NCBI RefSeq assembly: GCF_009834535.1
Contig: NC_045697.1
Coordinates: forward strand, 33,172,001 to 33,236,000
Origin: Camelus ferus
Lineage: Eukaryota
Direction: 5' to 3'
DNA length: 64,000 bases
In this document: positions 51,620 to 64,000 of the stretch, in pieces
How positions within the stretch are numbered: position 1 is the stretch's first letter
Layout: each line of letters starts with the position of its first letter
The notes under the pieces: model-generated
Database searches by the model: none
Seen by the model: the letters and a program-made list of their open reading frames with translations, nothing else
Told to the model about the DNA's origin: nothing
Made by a program: the position numbers and the translations under genes

Positions 51620-53831
51620 TGGGGAAGAGGGACACTTCTGGAATATTCCTCTCTTACCTTTTATGATGGAAACATAACTTGTTTTCACTTTTCTATATAA
51701 AAAGCACTTTTTCTATCAGAATATAAATTATAATAAATTCCTAGGTGGTAAAATGAAATTGTCCCCTAGGAGGACCCCACTTATCAATCATGACCCATTT
51801 ACCTGAGCCACCAGGCAAATCACCTCCATACTTACTGAAACATTGTGCTAATGGGGCAATTGCAAATGTATTAAAGTAGATGGCCTATCACCCCAATGTA
51901 ATCTAGGCTTGAGTACCTTTGGTAATAGAGCTGTATATAACAAAATATATGAAATACATGTTTTCTCTCTCCTGCATATTAGTCTGTATTTTTATGTTAT
52001 GTACACTATGCAGACCATTAAACATTAACAGTTTAGTTACGAATTATATCATCCTTAAGTAGTTGACTTCCATCAATTAGAAAACCCAATGATTTATGTG
52101 AGTATGGAGAATGATAGTCCTTTTCCACTTTCTTCCATTATTTTTAATTTTTTTTTTCAATTTTGGATTTTTTCAAAGTAAAAAAAATCTTATTTAAGCA
52201 TAATAGCCGATGTTTTGAGGTATATGCTGGGCCTTTCCCCCTTCAATGGGCACTGCCTTTCTCCCTGCAGAGAGCTACACCCAGAAGTTGTGCTTATCTT
52301 TTTCACACTAGGTTTTATAGCTGATTAGGCCAAACTGCTCCTATCAAATGATTTTACTCAAGAGTTTAAACTGAGCTACGCAGGCAGTGAATCTAGTTAT
52401 TACAGAGCATTGGTAAAGTCCACAGCCCAGCTCTACCTCCCCTGAGTTCAGGGGCTTTGTGGCTCACTATGAGACATCTTATATCCCTTCCCTGAGTTCC
52501 TTTTGTGCTCAGACTAGTTGGAAGTTGCCTTTGTGCTTAGTCAAAGAAATTGTGACCTTCAGTAAACAAGATATGACTTTCAGTAAAATAGTTCCTTAAC
52601 AGCACTACCTAAAGCTCCCTAAAGGAGTGAAAAAGTTCAATATAATTACTGGATAGGATACCAGCTTATAGAAAAGAGGAATGCAATGATCAGTATGAGG
52701 TAAAGTTTTTAAAAAATTAGAGAATTATAAATATTTTTCTCCTCTGGTATAAATACAGTTGTCTGGAATGGATTGGACTTTGAGATAAGCCTTAGGGTGA
52801 CCCCTTCTACACACTCGTGAAATCTCCTTTAAGCTCGTTAAGAGGACAGGCGTAATGACTTTTAAGTAGTGATACACTCTTTGATATTTCCATTTATCTG
52901 GCATTCCATATGTATTTTAGTTAGAAAGTAAAACAACTTTCAGTGAGTGCAAGAACAATTCAAAACTGATATGCTTCAATCATTGGTTTACAATTGTTTT
53001 CATTATTCTACATCTTAAGACATGATTTAGAAATTCTCCATTAATAGAAGAGATGTTATACTATTTCAAGCCATTAGTGGTGCAAATTTTCTAGGTAAAT
53101 GAATCCTAAATAATTAAGCCCCAAAATGTTCACTGCAGTTATTGATGGAGAAAGTTCATAATTTTTTAAAGTTTCCCTGATTTCTTAAACCAAGAACATT
53201 GGACATAATTCAACATTTTTTCAGAGCAGCTGAGGGACTTAGTGCTATTTTTACTACTTGAATCTGGTTTTTCATTTTTCTAGTTCTCTCTCTGTACCTG
53301 AGAATCTCTGATACAGATAATATTGATAATTAGAGAGTTAATTAATACTGACCACAGACCTGAAAATATAAAGCCTTCTCCATTTGGCAGTGCAACAGTC
53401 TTCAAGGACTACCATTATTTGAGTCTTACTGCTTTCTCAGCAGTTGCCTTGGCTTTGCAATTTAAAGGTAAGGCAAAACTTTTAACTCCATAGAAAATCC
53501 CTTGAAGCCACAGTTCCTCCCATTCTGAATTCTTTAGAGCAAAATGACATAAATGCTTCAATTTATACCACACTTTCATTTACATGAATTCGACAAAGCC
53601 TGGACTATAAATTGACACTGGAGAAACTAGCTGAGTAGAGTTGAAGAATGTAGTTCTGTGCTGGCTGTAATTGAACTGATATGAGAATTTGAAACTGTAA
53701 ACAACTCACCTCATTATTTAAATTGAATATACTTTACTTCAGGGAAATAGCAAAAGAAGTTATAAATAAGTATTTTTTAAAATATTTTATTAAAAAGCAT
53801 AGGCTGAAAATGACAATGAGAATATAACTTT

Positions 53832-53872
53832 ATATGTATATATATGTGTGTATATATATATATATACATATA
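53832..53872. repeat. (TA)n/(TG)n microsatellite
   Basis: Directly visible. Confidence 0.9.
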
Positions 53873-54199
53873 CTCACATTGTTCATAATTAACTACAGGT
53901 CTGTGGGTACAAATTGAGAGTAAGAGTAATTTTAATTAATTGATTAGATAATGAAATTTCAAGAATGAATACTTGGCTATATAAGTTTTGATGCAACTTA
54001 AATTCACTATATTATGTACAAAACTAACTTGTTCATTTAAATTTTTATTTAAATTTTTTTTCTTTTTTTCTTTACTAATATAGACTAAACTAAAAGCTAT
54101 AGACAAGCAAGCAGAAGTCTCTAAAAAAGAAACAGGTTAGAAGGAGTCCATGAACATGATAGGTTTATAAAATGAAAACATGACACATGGCTGGAGGGT

Positions 54200-54333
54200 A
54201 GACCCATGGCTTAGGCAGATTAAAAACTTTCTCATAACCCCTCATTCACATAAGATTCCAACGAGGGTAGGACCAATGATTTTTAAAAGTCCTCAGGTAA
54301 TTTTGTAGTGTGGCAAGCGTTGAGAAATACTGT
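54200..54333. mobile_element. MER5A-like MITE relic
   Basis: ttttaaaagtcctcaggtaattttgtagtgtggcaagcgttgagaaatactg matches the MER5A terminus. Confidence 0.6.
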
Positions 54334-54558
54334 ATGAGAACTTGCCATGTTGTTAAAAATTGCTTTGCTATTATACCTTTTTGACATTTAAAAGCATTTA
54401 ATTTCAGTGATATTAGCAATAATAGCAATAATCAAGAGGAACTCATTTAAACAATATTGCCTTAAATTAAAAGAATAGATCCAACAAGAAAACTGCAAGA
54501 TTTCTGGTTTACAAATAGAATGATGAACTTGAGTCTAGCTAAAGAAAAGAAAATCTTA

Positions 54559-54564
54559 TTTATT
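54559..54564 (-). promoter_or_regulatory. Candidate distal poly(A) signal of GABRA2
   Basis: AATAAA followed by U-rich ttttcttttcttt on the minus strand. Sits at the end of the repeat-poor block, just before a MER5 relic. Confidence 0.5.
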
Positions 54565-57500
54565 GTATTTGACAGTTTCATGTAAACGTGACACTTTGTA
54601 CCATAGAGGGTAGCTAATTTTCTGGGTAAGCCACTATACTTTCCCTAGCACCACTTTCTTAAAGTGTTAAAGAGATCAACATCAGCAATTCATGGTACCC
54701 TCCCTAAAATTTCTAGGTGGGTTTGTACTTTTCCTATTATGCTGTAACTTTTTTACTTTAAAAAAATTCAAAAAACTAATAACATTTAAAATCACTATTA
54801 CAAAATATTTGTGTTATATCCCAATATAAAAAAACCATATTTGCAGTGAATTCAGTTCTTGTAAGCAAACATGTAGTGAATGGTTAGAGTACAAAAAACA
54901 CAATTTTCAGATCAAATATATTTAAATTAATTTTAATAAGTACAAAAAGATAATGTTTAGCATTAATTTGCATGTGATTATTTAAGGAATTTTTAAACAG
55001 CAAGCACACTGACACATTCAATAAAGGTCAAATTATCTTACATAAAAAATAATGACTTTTCTCAGTTACAACAAGGTCACAAATTACAAATATTATTAGC
55101 TTTCGAATGATTTTCTCAAACCAGAAAACCTACCATACAAGCACACTGTCACCCAGAAAATTTCAAATTAATGACTATTCAAAATTGAGTGTTGGAACTT
55201 TATCATACATTCTCTCTGCATGTACTTTTATTATTAATGTGTAGCAAGGGAAAATGATTTCATTGCTTTTTGTTTTTTAGTTTTCTAATTTAGCAACAAA
55301 TATGAAGCTTTCTTAAGTTTCCATGCACATCACCTCTAAATATTTCGTGAAAGGTCACATTCTTCAGTTTGGCCCACCTCAAAACCTGAATTTATATCTG
55401 CACAGAAGAACTTTAAAAAATTAGGATACCAATAAACTTGAAATCAATTACAGTGCAGGCACCCCAAATCAATAATTGAGGATTTATCTATGGATGGTAA
55501 AATTTCATTCATGAAAACTGTAGCTCAAGTTCAATTTCATTTAGACCTTTCTAATCATATATTAAATTTCTTCACATAGCATGCTGGATTTAAAATACAG
55601 CCAACTGCTTCAAATAGTGTTTTGAATATTTAAAAATATATAATTGAGAACAAATCTCTAAGCCATTATCTCTAAAGTAATTCTGGGTCTAAGGCCTTTG
55701 TTTTGCTTTCTTAATCAGATCAATTTTGTTGGAAGCACTCTAATTTATCCAATAATACAGGCTTTCATTTGGCAACATGTTGTGGTAAACTAAGTCTTCT
55801 AAAACAAAACATGAAAAACTGAAAGCTTTTTACACCAACTAAGCTAATTTAACACTTACAGTCCCAACACTGGCATTTATATGGTATCAGTTTACATTTC
55901 TTTCTATAGACAATAATATGCAAAAACTGATGAAATCAGTACATGATCTTTGAAGTCCAATAGTCTTAAATGTTATGAAAACAACAGTATGGCAAAGAAA
56001 AACAAAACCTCTCTAATCCCTAACACAGCTGTCAAAATTTAAGAAAAAGAAAAGAAGAAAAATAAAGAAGGAAGTGCTCATTATTCTGTGTCCTTAATCA
56101 ACTTTAAGCCTTTTAAATATATTATTATACCTATGGACCAAAAAAGAAAAATATAATGTATTCCCAGAAACTAAATTAATTCCCAGTAACCAATGTTAAT
56201 GAGTAGCTAGTTTCACAAAAATGATTGTTGTTTGCTATATAATTCAGAAAAATACTAAACTAACTGGTGGTGAATATAAAATGACTTGGTATTTGCAAAG
56301 GATCAATGGGATATTAAATCTAGTGGAGGCTTTAACAAATCTCCATTGAGAAAGTTGGAGTTCAAAGACTTTCCTATCTTACCTTATAAGCAGAACTGTG
56401 ATATCATTTTGAATTTAATGGCTCAAAAGAGCCAACTAGAAGTACAACAGAAAAATGGGTACACCTTTTTAAGAAGGATATCTCTAACCATATAGAGCTC
56501 AAGACTAAACTCCAACAGATAACTTCGTTATGGACCTATTGGGAAAAAATAAAAGCTATTCTACTAAGTTAATAACTACTTTAATAAGAGCTACGTTTGG
56601 AATTGAAATCATTAATAAAATTAACTGTTTGGATTTCATAAACTTGTCAAAATTTCTCATACCTGGGAAATAAACACACAGACATACACATACCCCTCCT
56701 TCTAATCAAAGCTAAGACCTCATTAAAGGTTCTTCGAGAATATTACCATAAACATAAATCTGGTCATTCTTCCCTACTGGCAATATTGACTGATGTTACG
56801 CATTAACTTCAACATACAGTGATTTGAAGTGGGGTATATAATTATATATGTTAAAAATATTCTTTATACAAACAGGACAAAGTAGGTCATTTCACCTAAA
56901 TAAGGTTGAAAACAGTGGTCTAAATATGTTGGATCATTAAGAATTTTCAAGAAAATGATTCAAAATTCTTATCAGAAATAGATTTTGATTATTACCTTTC
57001 CCAAATGCCTGTTACATGAACTTAATCTATCTTAATATTTTAATCATGATGCTTACCTTGATAGAATCATGACTGTTAAATATCTCTGAATATACCTATG
57101 CATATGCAATTGCTCACCTTTCTTAGGAGTTAAAAAGGGAAAATGCTTCATTAGGTTTAATTAGCAACAAACTCATTTTTCAAGTGGGTTTTACTCTTTG
57201 ATCTTTCCCCTGTTTTCGAGGTCTTAAATTTGTCTTTGAATTTGATGAAAATATGAGCACATAAACTAGTGGAAAAAATATGCATCTTGCACATAAATGT
57301 TGATAATACAAGATGTGGATATTAAGAATTTTATTAAACACTGAATTTCATTTTTTAACGCATGAATTCAATAGAGAAAAATATCATAATTTGTCTTGAC
57401 CACACTGTCATGAGAAATTTTACACTGTCTCTGGTTCCCAAGCATGCAAGTGTTAAAATAACCACACCCTTCCTCAGTTTTAATTTTATACTTCTGGATA

Positions 57501-60074
57501 CTTTGGACTGAAAAAAGATAAGCCCAAGGTGCCTTTAAGCCCTAAATTAAAAGGAAAATAAGTACACTACACGGTAGCCATGGGTCAGCTCAAGATTCCC
57601 TTGAACTTTCAATCTTTTTATATGAAAAAAAAATCTGGGAATTGCTTCAAAAATATGCAGATGGGCGTAGGAATGCCAGAAGACTAATAACAGGAACAGC
57701 CTGTGTAATAACCAATGAATACGGCCCCAGATTTCAAAATACGTAATAAACATTCTGACGATTCATAAGGTCTGAAGATACCCAGTATGGAGCCATTTGA
57801 AAAAAAAAATTCTTAATAGATGTTGAAGAACCATGACTTTGCAGGAGGTGACCTGAGCTACTTCCCTTGTCCTCCCATTGGAGTGATGACAGGCCACACC
57901 GAAGTTCAACATCCTTAGAATCCTTGGAGCTTTGGTGCCTTTCCAGAATCTATGATATCATGGCAGAGCTCAGCGACTTCAACCAACAATATGAAAAGAG
58001 CCACATCATAAAACATTACATATATACATACCAAAATTATGAGTGAAATAATAGCTTTTGTGTTCTTTTAAAATTAACTGTGAACTATTCAAGAACAAAA
58101 ATTGGAAACGTGGCTCAAGGGGATCACTTATCCAAACCTGAGATAAATTCGAAATAGAGAGATCCCTGAAAAGATTGCTAAACATTAAGTTTGGCACTTA
58201 AAAACTCACTGAAGTTTAAAAAATTATTAAATGATTATATTACTACAGTTTTTATATTCAAACCAATGAGGACATAAATAGGTGAAAAGAGCAAAACAGC
58301 CAGCATCTTAGCACACTTGTAGTCTCATAACTCATTAAACAGCTCTCAGCGCTAAATTAATTCATATATTACATTTGGTCTTTGATTTTCAGTCTTTGTA
58401 AGAATGAGATGCGCTTGGATTTTCAACTAAATTCTGCCGGTGTGATGTGAGTGATATTAACACCATCCCTATGGCCTGGTGAATACTAGGAAATAAAAAA
58501 TATTTGTGGAGTAAGCATTAGCTTAGCCGGAGCAGTAGCTATACAATGATGAGATTATATCTCCATATATGTACATGTATTTATCTACATTTTGTACATA
58601 CCATAACTCTTTATGTCAATGTACAGCTGCATACAATTGGCATACATATTATGGGCCAAAGAGACCATTGCTAGTTGATTAAAAATGTTTCCTGAAAAAT
58701 TAACCTTATTTTAATAAGTCCATGTCACTTTTATTTTGTGTTTTTAAAATGATTTATGAAAGGGAGAAAAATGTAAAGACTCTGGTTCTGTAGTATTAAT
58801 CCTATCCCATGAAGCATCTTCCCTCCCTCCAGCAAGATCAAAGGCTCCTTTTGATTTATCCAAACGTTAAAAGATTAAGAAGTGTGTAAAAAAAATACAC
58901 CAAAGTTAGAGAAACAATAGCAAATCCTGATCTACATGATAGGCAAATCTCAGCTATCAGCATGTCCTTAGGCTCAATAAGATTTAAACAACCGAAACTA
59001 AAAATAAACATAACTAAGTTTTCTGGTCAATCTACCGTAAATTTGAATAAAAATGGTACCACCAATGTAGGTGCAGCTTTCTGCCAAAGGGATGGATGAG
59101 TCTTTTCTGTAGTCCTACAGAAACTTCTATTTACAACTATTTTTACATATGTACATATTTATAAATTTATAATGTATAGTCACATATTAAGAGGGCAATG
59201 CAGAACTTATAAGAACAATATTTTTAAACCGTTTAATAATACTAACCATACATTTTTATTGCTTGACTTCAAGCATTGTGTACTGTTTGGACTACTGCAC
59301 CCTTCTGTAAACCACCCAGAAGAGCTATGTTGTATTTAAATGTGTAAGAAAATAAGATATCTCCCATTCTAGTATATGAATCAAATGCACTTTTAAAAAC
59401 TATTTAGATGTCCAAGAAGGTGTTATTGAAAGGGAAGTAAATAAATACATTTATTGGCTCATGTTGCAAGTTTATTTTATTAAGGGTTATGGATTTCCTT
59501 TTGTGAGGGAATTTTTAATATCAAAGCTGTCTTCATGGCAAATTCTGCTCATAAGATGCATTTGTGACCTTGGTATTAATACAATCATGCAAAGCACATA
59601 ATAGAATCACACTGAAACAAGGAAAATGAAAAAAAAATTTAAATGAGGCAAAGGAATAGCAGTTTTTGTTGTGATTTTGCTTATTTCCATAGGATAATCC
59701 TTTTACTGATTTTATGAACATACCTATTTATGCACTATACTGAAATACTGTACAAAACTGCAAGAAATGCCACTATTTGACTACTTATGTTTCTACAAAA
59801 ACACCATCAGAAAGGTGTATCTATTAGTAAAAGTCAACTAATAACTGCTAATGTATATGTGAGTCGAAGGATTTTAAGTTTGCCAAAAATGTTGCATCTA
59901 GGCATAAGACACAATTGTTAACTTCTATTAACATATTTCAGGGAGATAGAGAGTATTTTTTAAATGTTAAAAGAAAAATGAATTTTATCCATTAATAATT
60001 AGTAATTATATAAAATTGAAAATTTTGGTTTCTAATTTAGCTACGTTTGTGTATGTGTCCTAATTTAGCTAATT

Positions 60075-60130
60075 GTGTGTGTGTGTGTGTTCTTGTGAGT
60101 GTGTGTGTGTTTGTGTGTGAGAGAGAGAGA
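60075..60130. repeat. Compound (TG)n(GA)n microsatellite inside the candidate 3' UTR
   Basis: Directly visible. Confidence 0.9.
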
Positions 60131-60619
60131 AGTGTTTGTGCATGTGAACTAATCCTCAATCTGTTAGTGATGCTTTAAAGTTTCAGGTTAAAAATGTTCA
60201 ACTCTTACCAAAACCTCTTCTGGTATACAAAGCTGTAAATTTGAGTCAGCGGAATTTAAAGTTGCAATTTACAAAAGCAGATTTACATTAATTCTTATCT
60301 GAAAGAGCTGCTTTCAAGACAGAAAAATGTGCCAATTAACTGCCCTTTCCTTTATAATGAGTGGCTTCTGAGTCCTGATGAAAAGAAGCCTTAAGGCAGA
60401 ATTTGCAGTAAACAGGAAAGGAGAGAATCGTATAAGTGCTCGTCTATATTCTGTGACACCTATGAATTCTCATCAGTGGGAGTTCTTGGCACACTTTTCT
60501 AATCCAATATGAATTTTGCTCCACAGCAGCCAAACTGGATACTTGTTCCAGTCTCCAGCACCAAGAAAATTTAGCTGATCAATTTCAATGCAACACATAC
60601 CTGGAAAGAGTAAGACATA

Positions 60620-60625
60620 TTTATT
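60620..60625 (-). promoter_or_regulatory. Candidate proximal poly(A) signal of GABRA2
   Basis: AATAAA ~770 nt after the stop codon, followed on the minus strand by a U/GU-rich stretch (tatgtcttactctttccaggtatgtgttg). Confidence 0.55.
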
Positions 60626-61387
60626 GTCCTTTTTTTTTTAATTTAAGGTAGTTTCCAATGATTAAAATAATCTGTAGGATTTCAATTATTACTTTCAAAT
60701 AAATTCTGATGCTAAAAACGTGATGACCATGACATTCCGATAGCTATTAAAGTCTAGACATAATGAACATCCTGTTAGGGTGACTGATAATTATTTGAAT
60801 TTGTCATGCTGTAATATGTACATGGTTATAGATACTATACAGAGTAATTAGAAGCTGATTTCAAATCTCTAGTTTTTCTTCTGATGTGTGCTAAGCTTCC
60901 AATTATACTAGCAGGGCTTCTGAGCACTCAGGAAGGGAACTGATGTTGCAGATATGAGGTTCTGTTATTTAGAGGGCTTTGTCTTGGAAAGACAATGTTA
61001 TCTTACATTATAGTTAAGCAACAGTAGAAAATACTCCTATTTAAGACCTAAATCAAAAGGGTCCAGAAATTGTGGTATAGGATCTCCATTCTCATTGCTA
61101 TTAGAAGAAGAGGAAATAAATCAGGTCATCTGAAATGCACTTTAAACCAATTGCTAGGGTTAAATCTTTAAAAAAAAGGCAATGGCTCTTTGGGCGTGGG
61201 GTGCTTTCTGCCTGCAGTTCCACGAGTTTCGCAAATGCATGTCTCCATTAGAGGTCTATGAGCTAGATAGCTATATACATACTGTACACGTTGGTTCACA
61301 AATTAGCAGTTATTAGTCAGACTGTACATGGCAAAACAAACCAGGTTTAATGTTGCTGTACATCCCAAAGTCAACCTGTGTCTAAAT

Positions 61388-61684
<297 letters not shown>

Positions 61685-62199
61685 CTATTGAAAAATACAA
61701 GAATTAAGAGAATGTGGGTTCAGACTGCTTCTTAACATGTTCCAAACTCCAGTTCAAATTCTGAAGAAAAGTATCTTGATAAACATCATTATCCATTAGA
61801 AGGCAGGAATTTAGGGAAATAAATAAAAGTTTATTGAGTCCTAAAACCACGAGGGTGAGGAAATGCCCAGAGTAAAATCAATGACACCATTTTCCTGGAG
61901 AACTATTTGTTGTTTACATGGAAATCTGATAGCAAAATACCTGAATAAATGATATGACATTTTTGACTCTTACAATAGGCACTCAAGTATTTGTTGAATG
62001 AACAAATGAAATGTAGAAATAGTTTAGCAAGAAGAATGATCATCTATAATGAATGACCTCAAATTTCAAATAAAAAATAATGTCTTTAACTTGATAACAG
62101 GATTTCTCCCCTTCATGGCAAAACCATACAGTCATGCTTTACTCAGATGGTGGGAATTTGTAACCATATATAGAGGACAGTGTAATAGATAGTAAAAAC

Positions 62200-62940
62200 A
62201 TAGAAGAAAGATGAAACACAAACTTTTAGCTTTTTGCCTAGCTCACGCACAACCTGTTTCTCCTTATGATCCCCAGCTGAGTTCTCACTCACTCTCGTCT
62301 GGGTCAGTTTTCTCCCGCCTGGACCAAGCAGGCTTCCTTTGTGCCCTCCAACTCGGCTTGACCTCACCAATCATTAGACAAACTATAGCCACAGGGATTA
62401 TTTTAAGACATAAATTGGATCACATCACTCCTCTGCTTAAATCTCTTAAATACTATCTCATGAAACCTAGAATAAAATCAACACTTCTTGCCATGGTGTC
62501 TTTTTTTTTGTTCATTATGTACGAGTCCCACTGAAATAACTTGTATTCAGAGTACTTCTTTGTTTGGCGACTGTGGTCATGCTACTTCCTCATCTGGAAT
62601 GCCTTCTGTCCATCCCGTTTTCCATGTGAGCAATCTCCTCTCAAATTTTAGTCTTGGTTAAAATGTCATTTCCTCTGAAAGGCCTTCTTAAACACTCTAT
62701 CCAATGTTGTACTGGCTCCCCATCTACACTTGTTCGTAGCACCCAGTTTAATCTCATCACAGCATTTTTCAAAATGAGGAAATTCTTTAATTGTGTGATT
62801 ATCAGTCAGATAATCGTCCTTTCTTATTGGAATGGAAGTTCAGTGAAGGCTGGTGATATTTCTGTCTTGTTCACCATCAAAACTCACATGATTCCTTCTA
62901 TGAGGGAGGCATGTAATATGTGGCCAATTAATGAAACCTG
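62200..62940 (+). mobile_element. L2 3' region in the GABRA2 last intron (a separate L2 tail lies at ~61965-62010)
   Basis: ggatcacatcactcctctgcttaaa...ctggaatgccttc...aaatgtcatttcctctgaaaggccttct; tail taggcactcaagtatttgttgaatgaa. Confidence 0.85.
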
Positions 62941-63409
62941 AAAATATTTATTCAATAATAGTATTTAATAAAAACTGAAAAGGCATTTACCTGCAGTTCT
63001 GTACTAATATAAATACACTGCTAGCTATCTAAATGCAAACAAAATTGAGCCTGCAATGAATTATCCAAAATAGTGAACTGTGTAAATCAGTATTAGAGAA
63101 CCAATTGGCCTAGAACAGAATTTCGAGGATCAGTATTTTGATTAAGAATTCCCAAAATATTCAAGTAAAATGAGATACGAAAGCCCAGGAGGCCCTGAGG
63201 ACAGGCCAGGGTTTCCTGTCCTTCATGGGCATTGGGTTTCTCCCTCACCGAGGAGGCAAACTTCCAGACCTGGCTGGAGCATAAAAGGAAAAGGGGTGAG
63301 GGATTACCAGTTGTAACTTTATGAAATCGATGAAACAGCTTTCATTCAGGAATGACGCATGGAGTCTCCAGTTATAAACAAGGGTAATCCTCGAGGGTCC
63401 AACTGGTAG

Positions 63410-63660
63410 CAGATGACAGCTAACACTTTTTGAGCACTAGGATGTGTCAGGTGGAGTGTTAGGCCTAACGGTGTCACTGATGACAAGCTTCACTGCTGGA
63501 TAAGAAGTAAGTTCTGTTATTAACCCCATCTTACAGAATAAGAAGTGGAAGCTAAAGAGCTTTTGTGACATGACCAGGTCTCTTGTCTACTAAGTGGCTG
63601 AAAAAACATCAAACTCAAAATGTGTGTGACCTCCAAACCTCTGTTTTTAACAGCACGGTA
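63410..63660 (-). mobile_element. MIR SINE
   Basis: gttattaaccccatcttacagaataagaagtggaagct. Confidence 0.65.
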
Positions 63661-64000
63661 TGGGACTTTATCTCTGAGGAAGCTGTATGAAACCTGGGAG
63701 TGCTTTTTCTTAAAATATTCCAATTAAAGTTTTAATCACTAGGTTAACCTTCTAGAAGGACTCTAACCCATAAAGTCCTAAAATATAGTATTTATATTAT
63801 TCTTATTTCAATTATACCTAAACATCATTTAAAATGATAACAAATTGCCCTTATACAGAATTTGGACCCTGGGATATTCCTTAACCTCTCCCTGCTTCAG
63901 CTTCTAGCTTTAAAAAGGGAGATAATTATACCTAAGCCATAAACTAATACCTAAAATAATTATACCTAAGCCATAAACATAATACTTAAACTGCTGTGAG

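Larger units (their letters stand above)
54545..61387 (-). other. GABRA2: Candidate long GABRA2 3' UTR (up to ~6.8 kb, alternative polyadenylation)
   Basis: Follows the stop codon and is nearly devoid of recognisable interspersed repeats, unlike the flanks. AATAAA on the minus strand at 60620-60625, 59471-59476, 59450-59455 and 54559-54564. The distal end is inferred. Confidence 0.6.
61685..64000 (-). other. GABRA2: 3' part of the last GABRA2 intron
   Basis: Lies upstream of the splice acceptor on the minus strand. Contains L2/MIR relics and no recognisable GABA-receptor coding sequence. Confidence 0.85.

Overview
AT-rich mammalian genomic DNA, most likely from a camelid (Camelus/Vicugna/Lama). 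That assignment is inferred from two tRNA-Ala-derived vic-1-type SINEs and young L1 3' ends. The only protein-coding sequence I can support is the terminal coding exon of GABRA2 (GABA-A receptor alpha-2; minus strand, 61388-61684), which encodes the distal M3-M4 loop, TM4 and the C-terminus. Part of its last intron lies at 61685-64000. A long, almost transposon-free candidate 3' UTR runs to about 54.55 kb and carries several poly(A) signals and Pumilio-type elements. The remaining ~54 kb is intergenic DNA downstream of GABRA2 (towards GABRG1 if the usual synteny holds). It is filled with L1, L2, MIR, LTR (MLT/MER/ERV1) and DNA-transposon (Tigger/MER5/MER46) relics plus microsatellites. I found no evidence for a new gene system, CRISPR array or functional RNA gene. 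The most notable structures are a twin-primed inverted L1, a SINE with an internal hairpin inversion, a possible RTE-clade remnant, and several candidate neural regulatory motif clusters. Repeat subfamily names come from my recall of consensus sequences and their boundaries are approximate.
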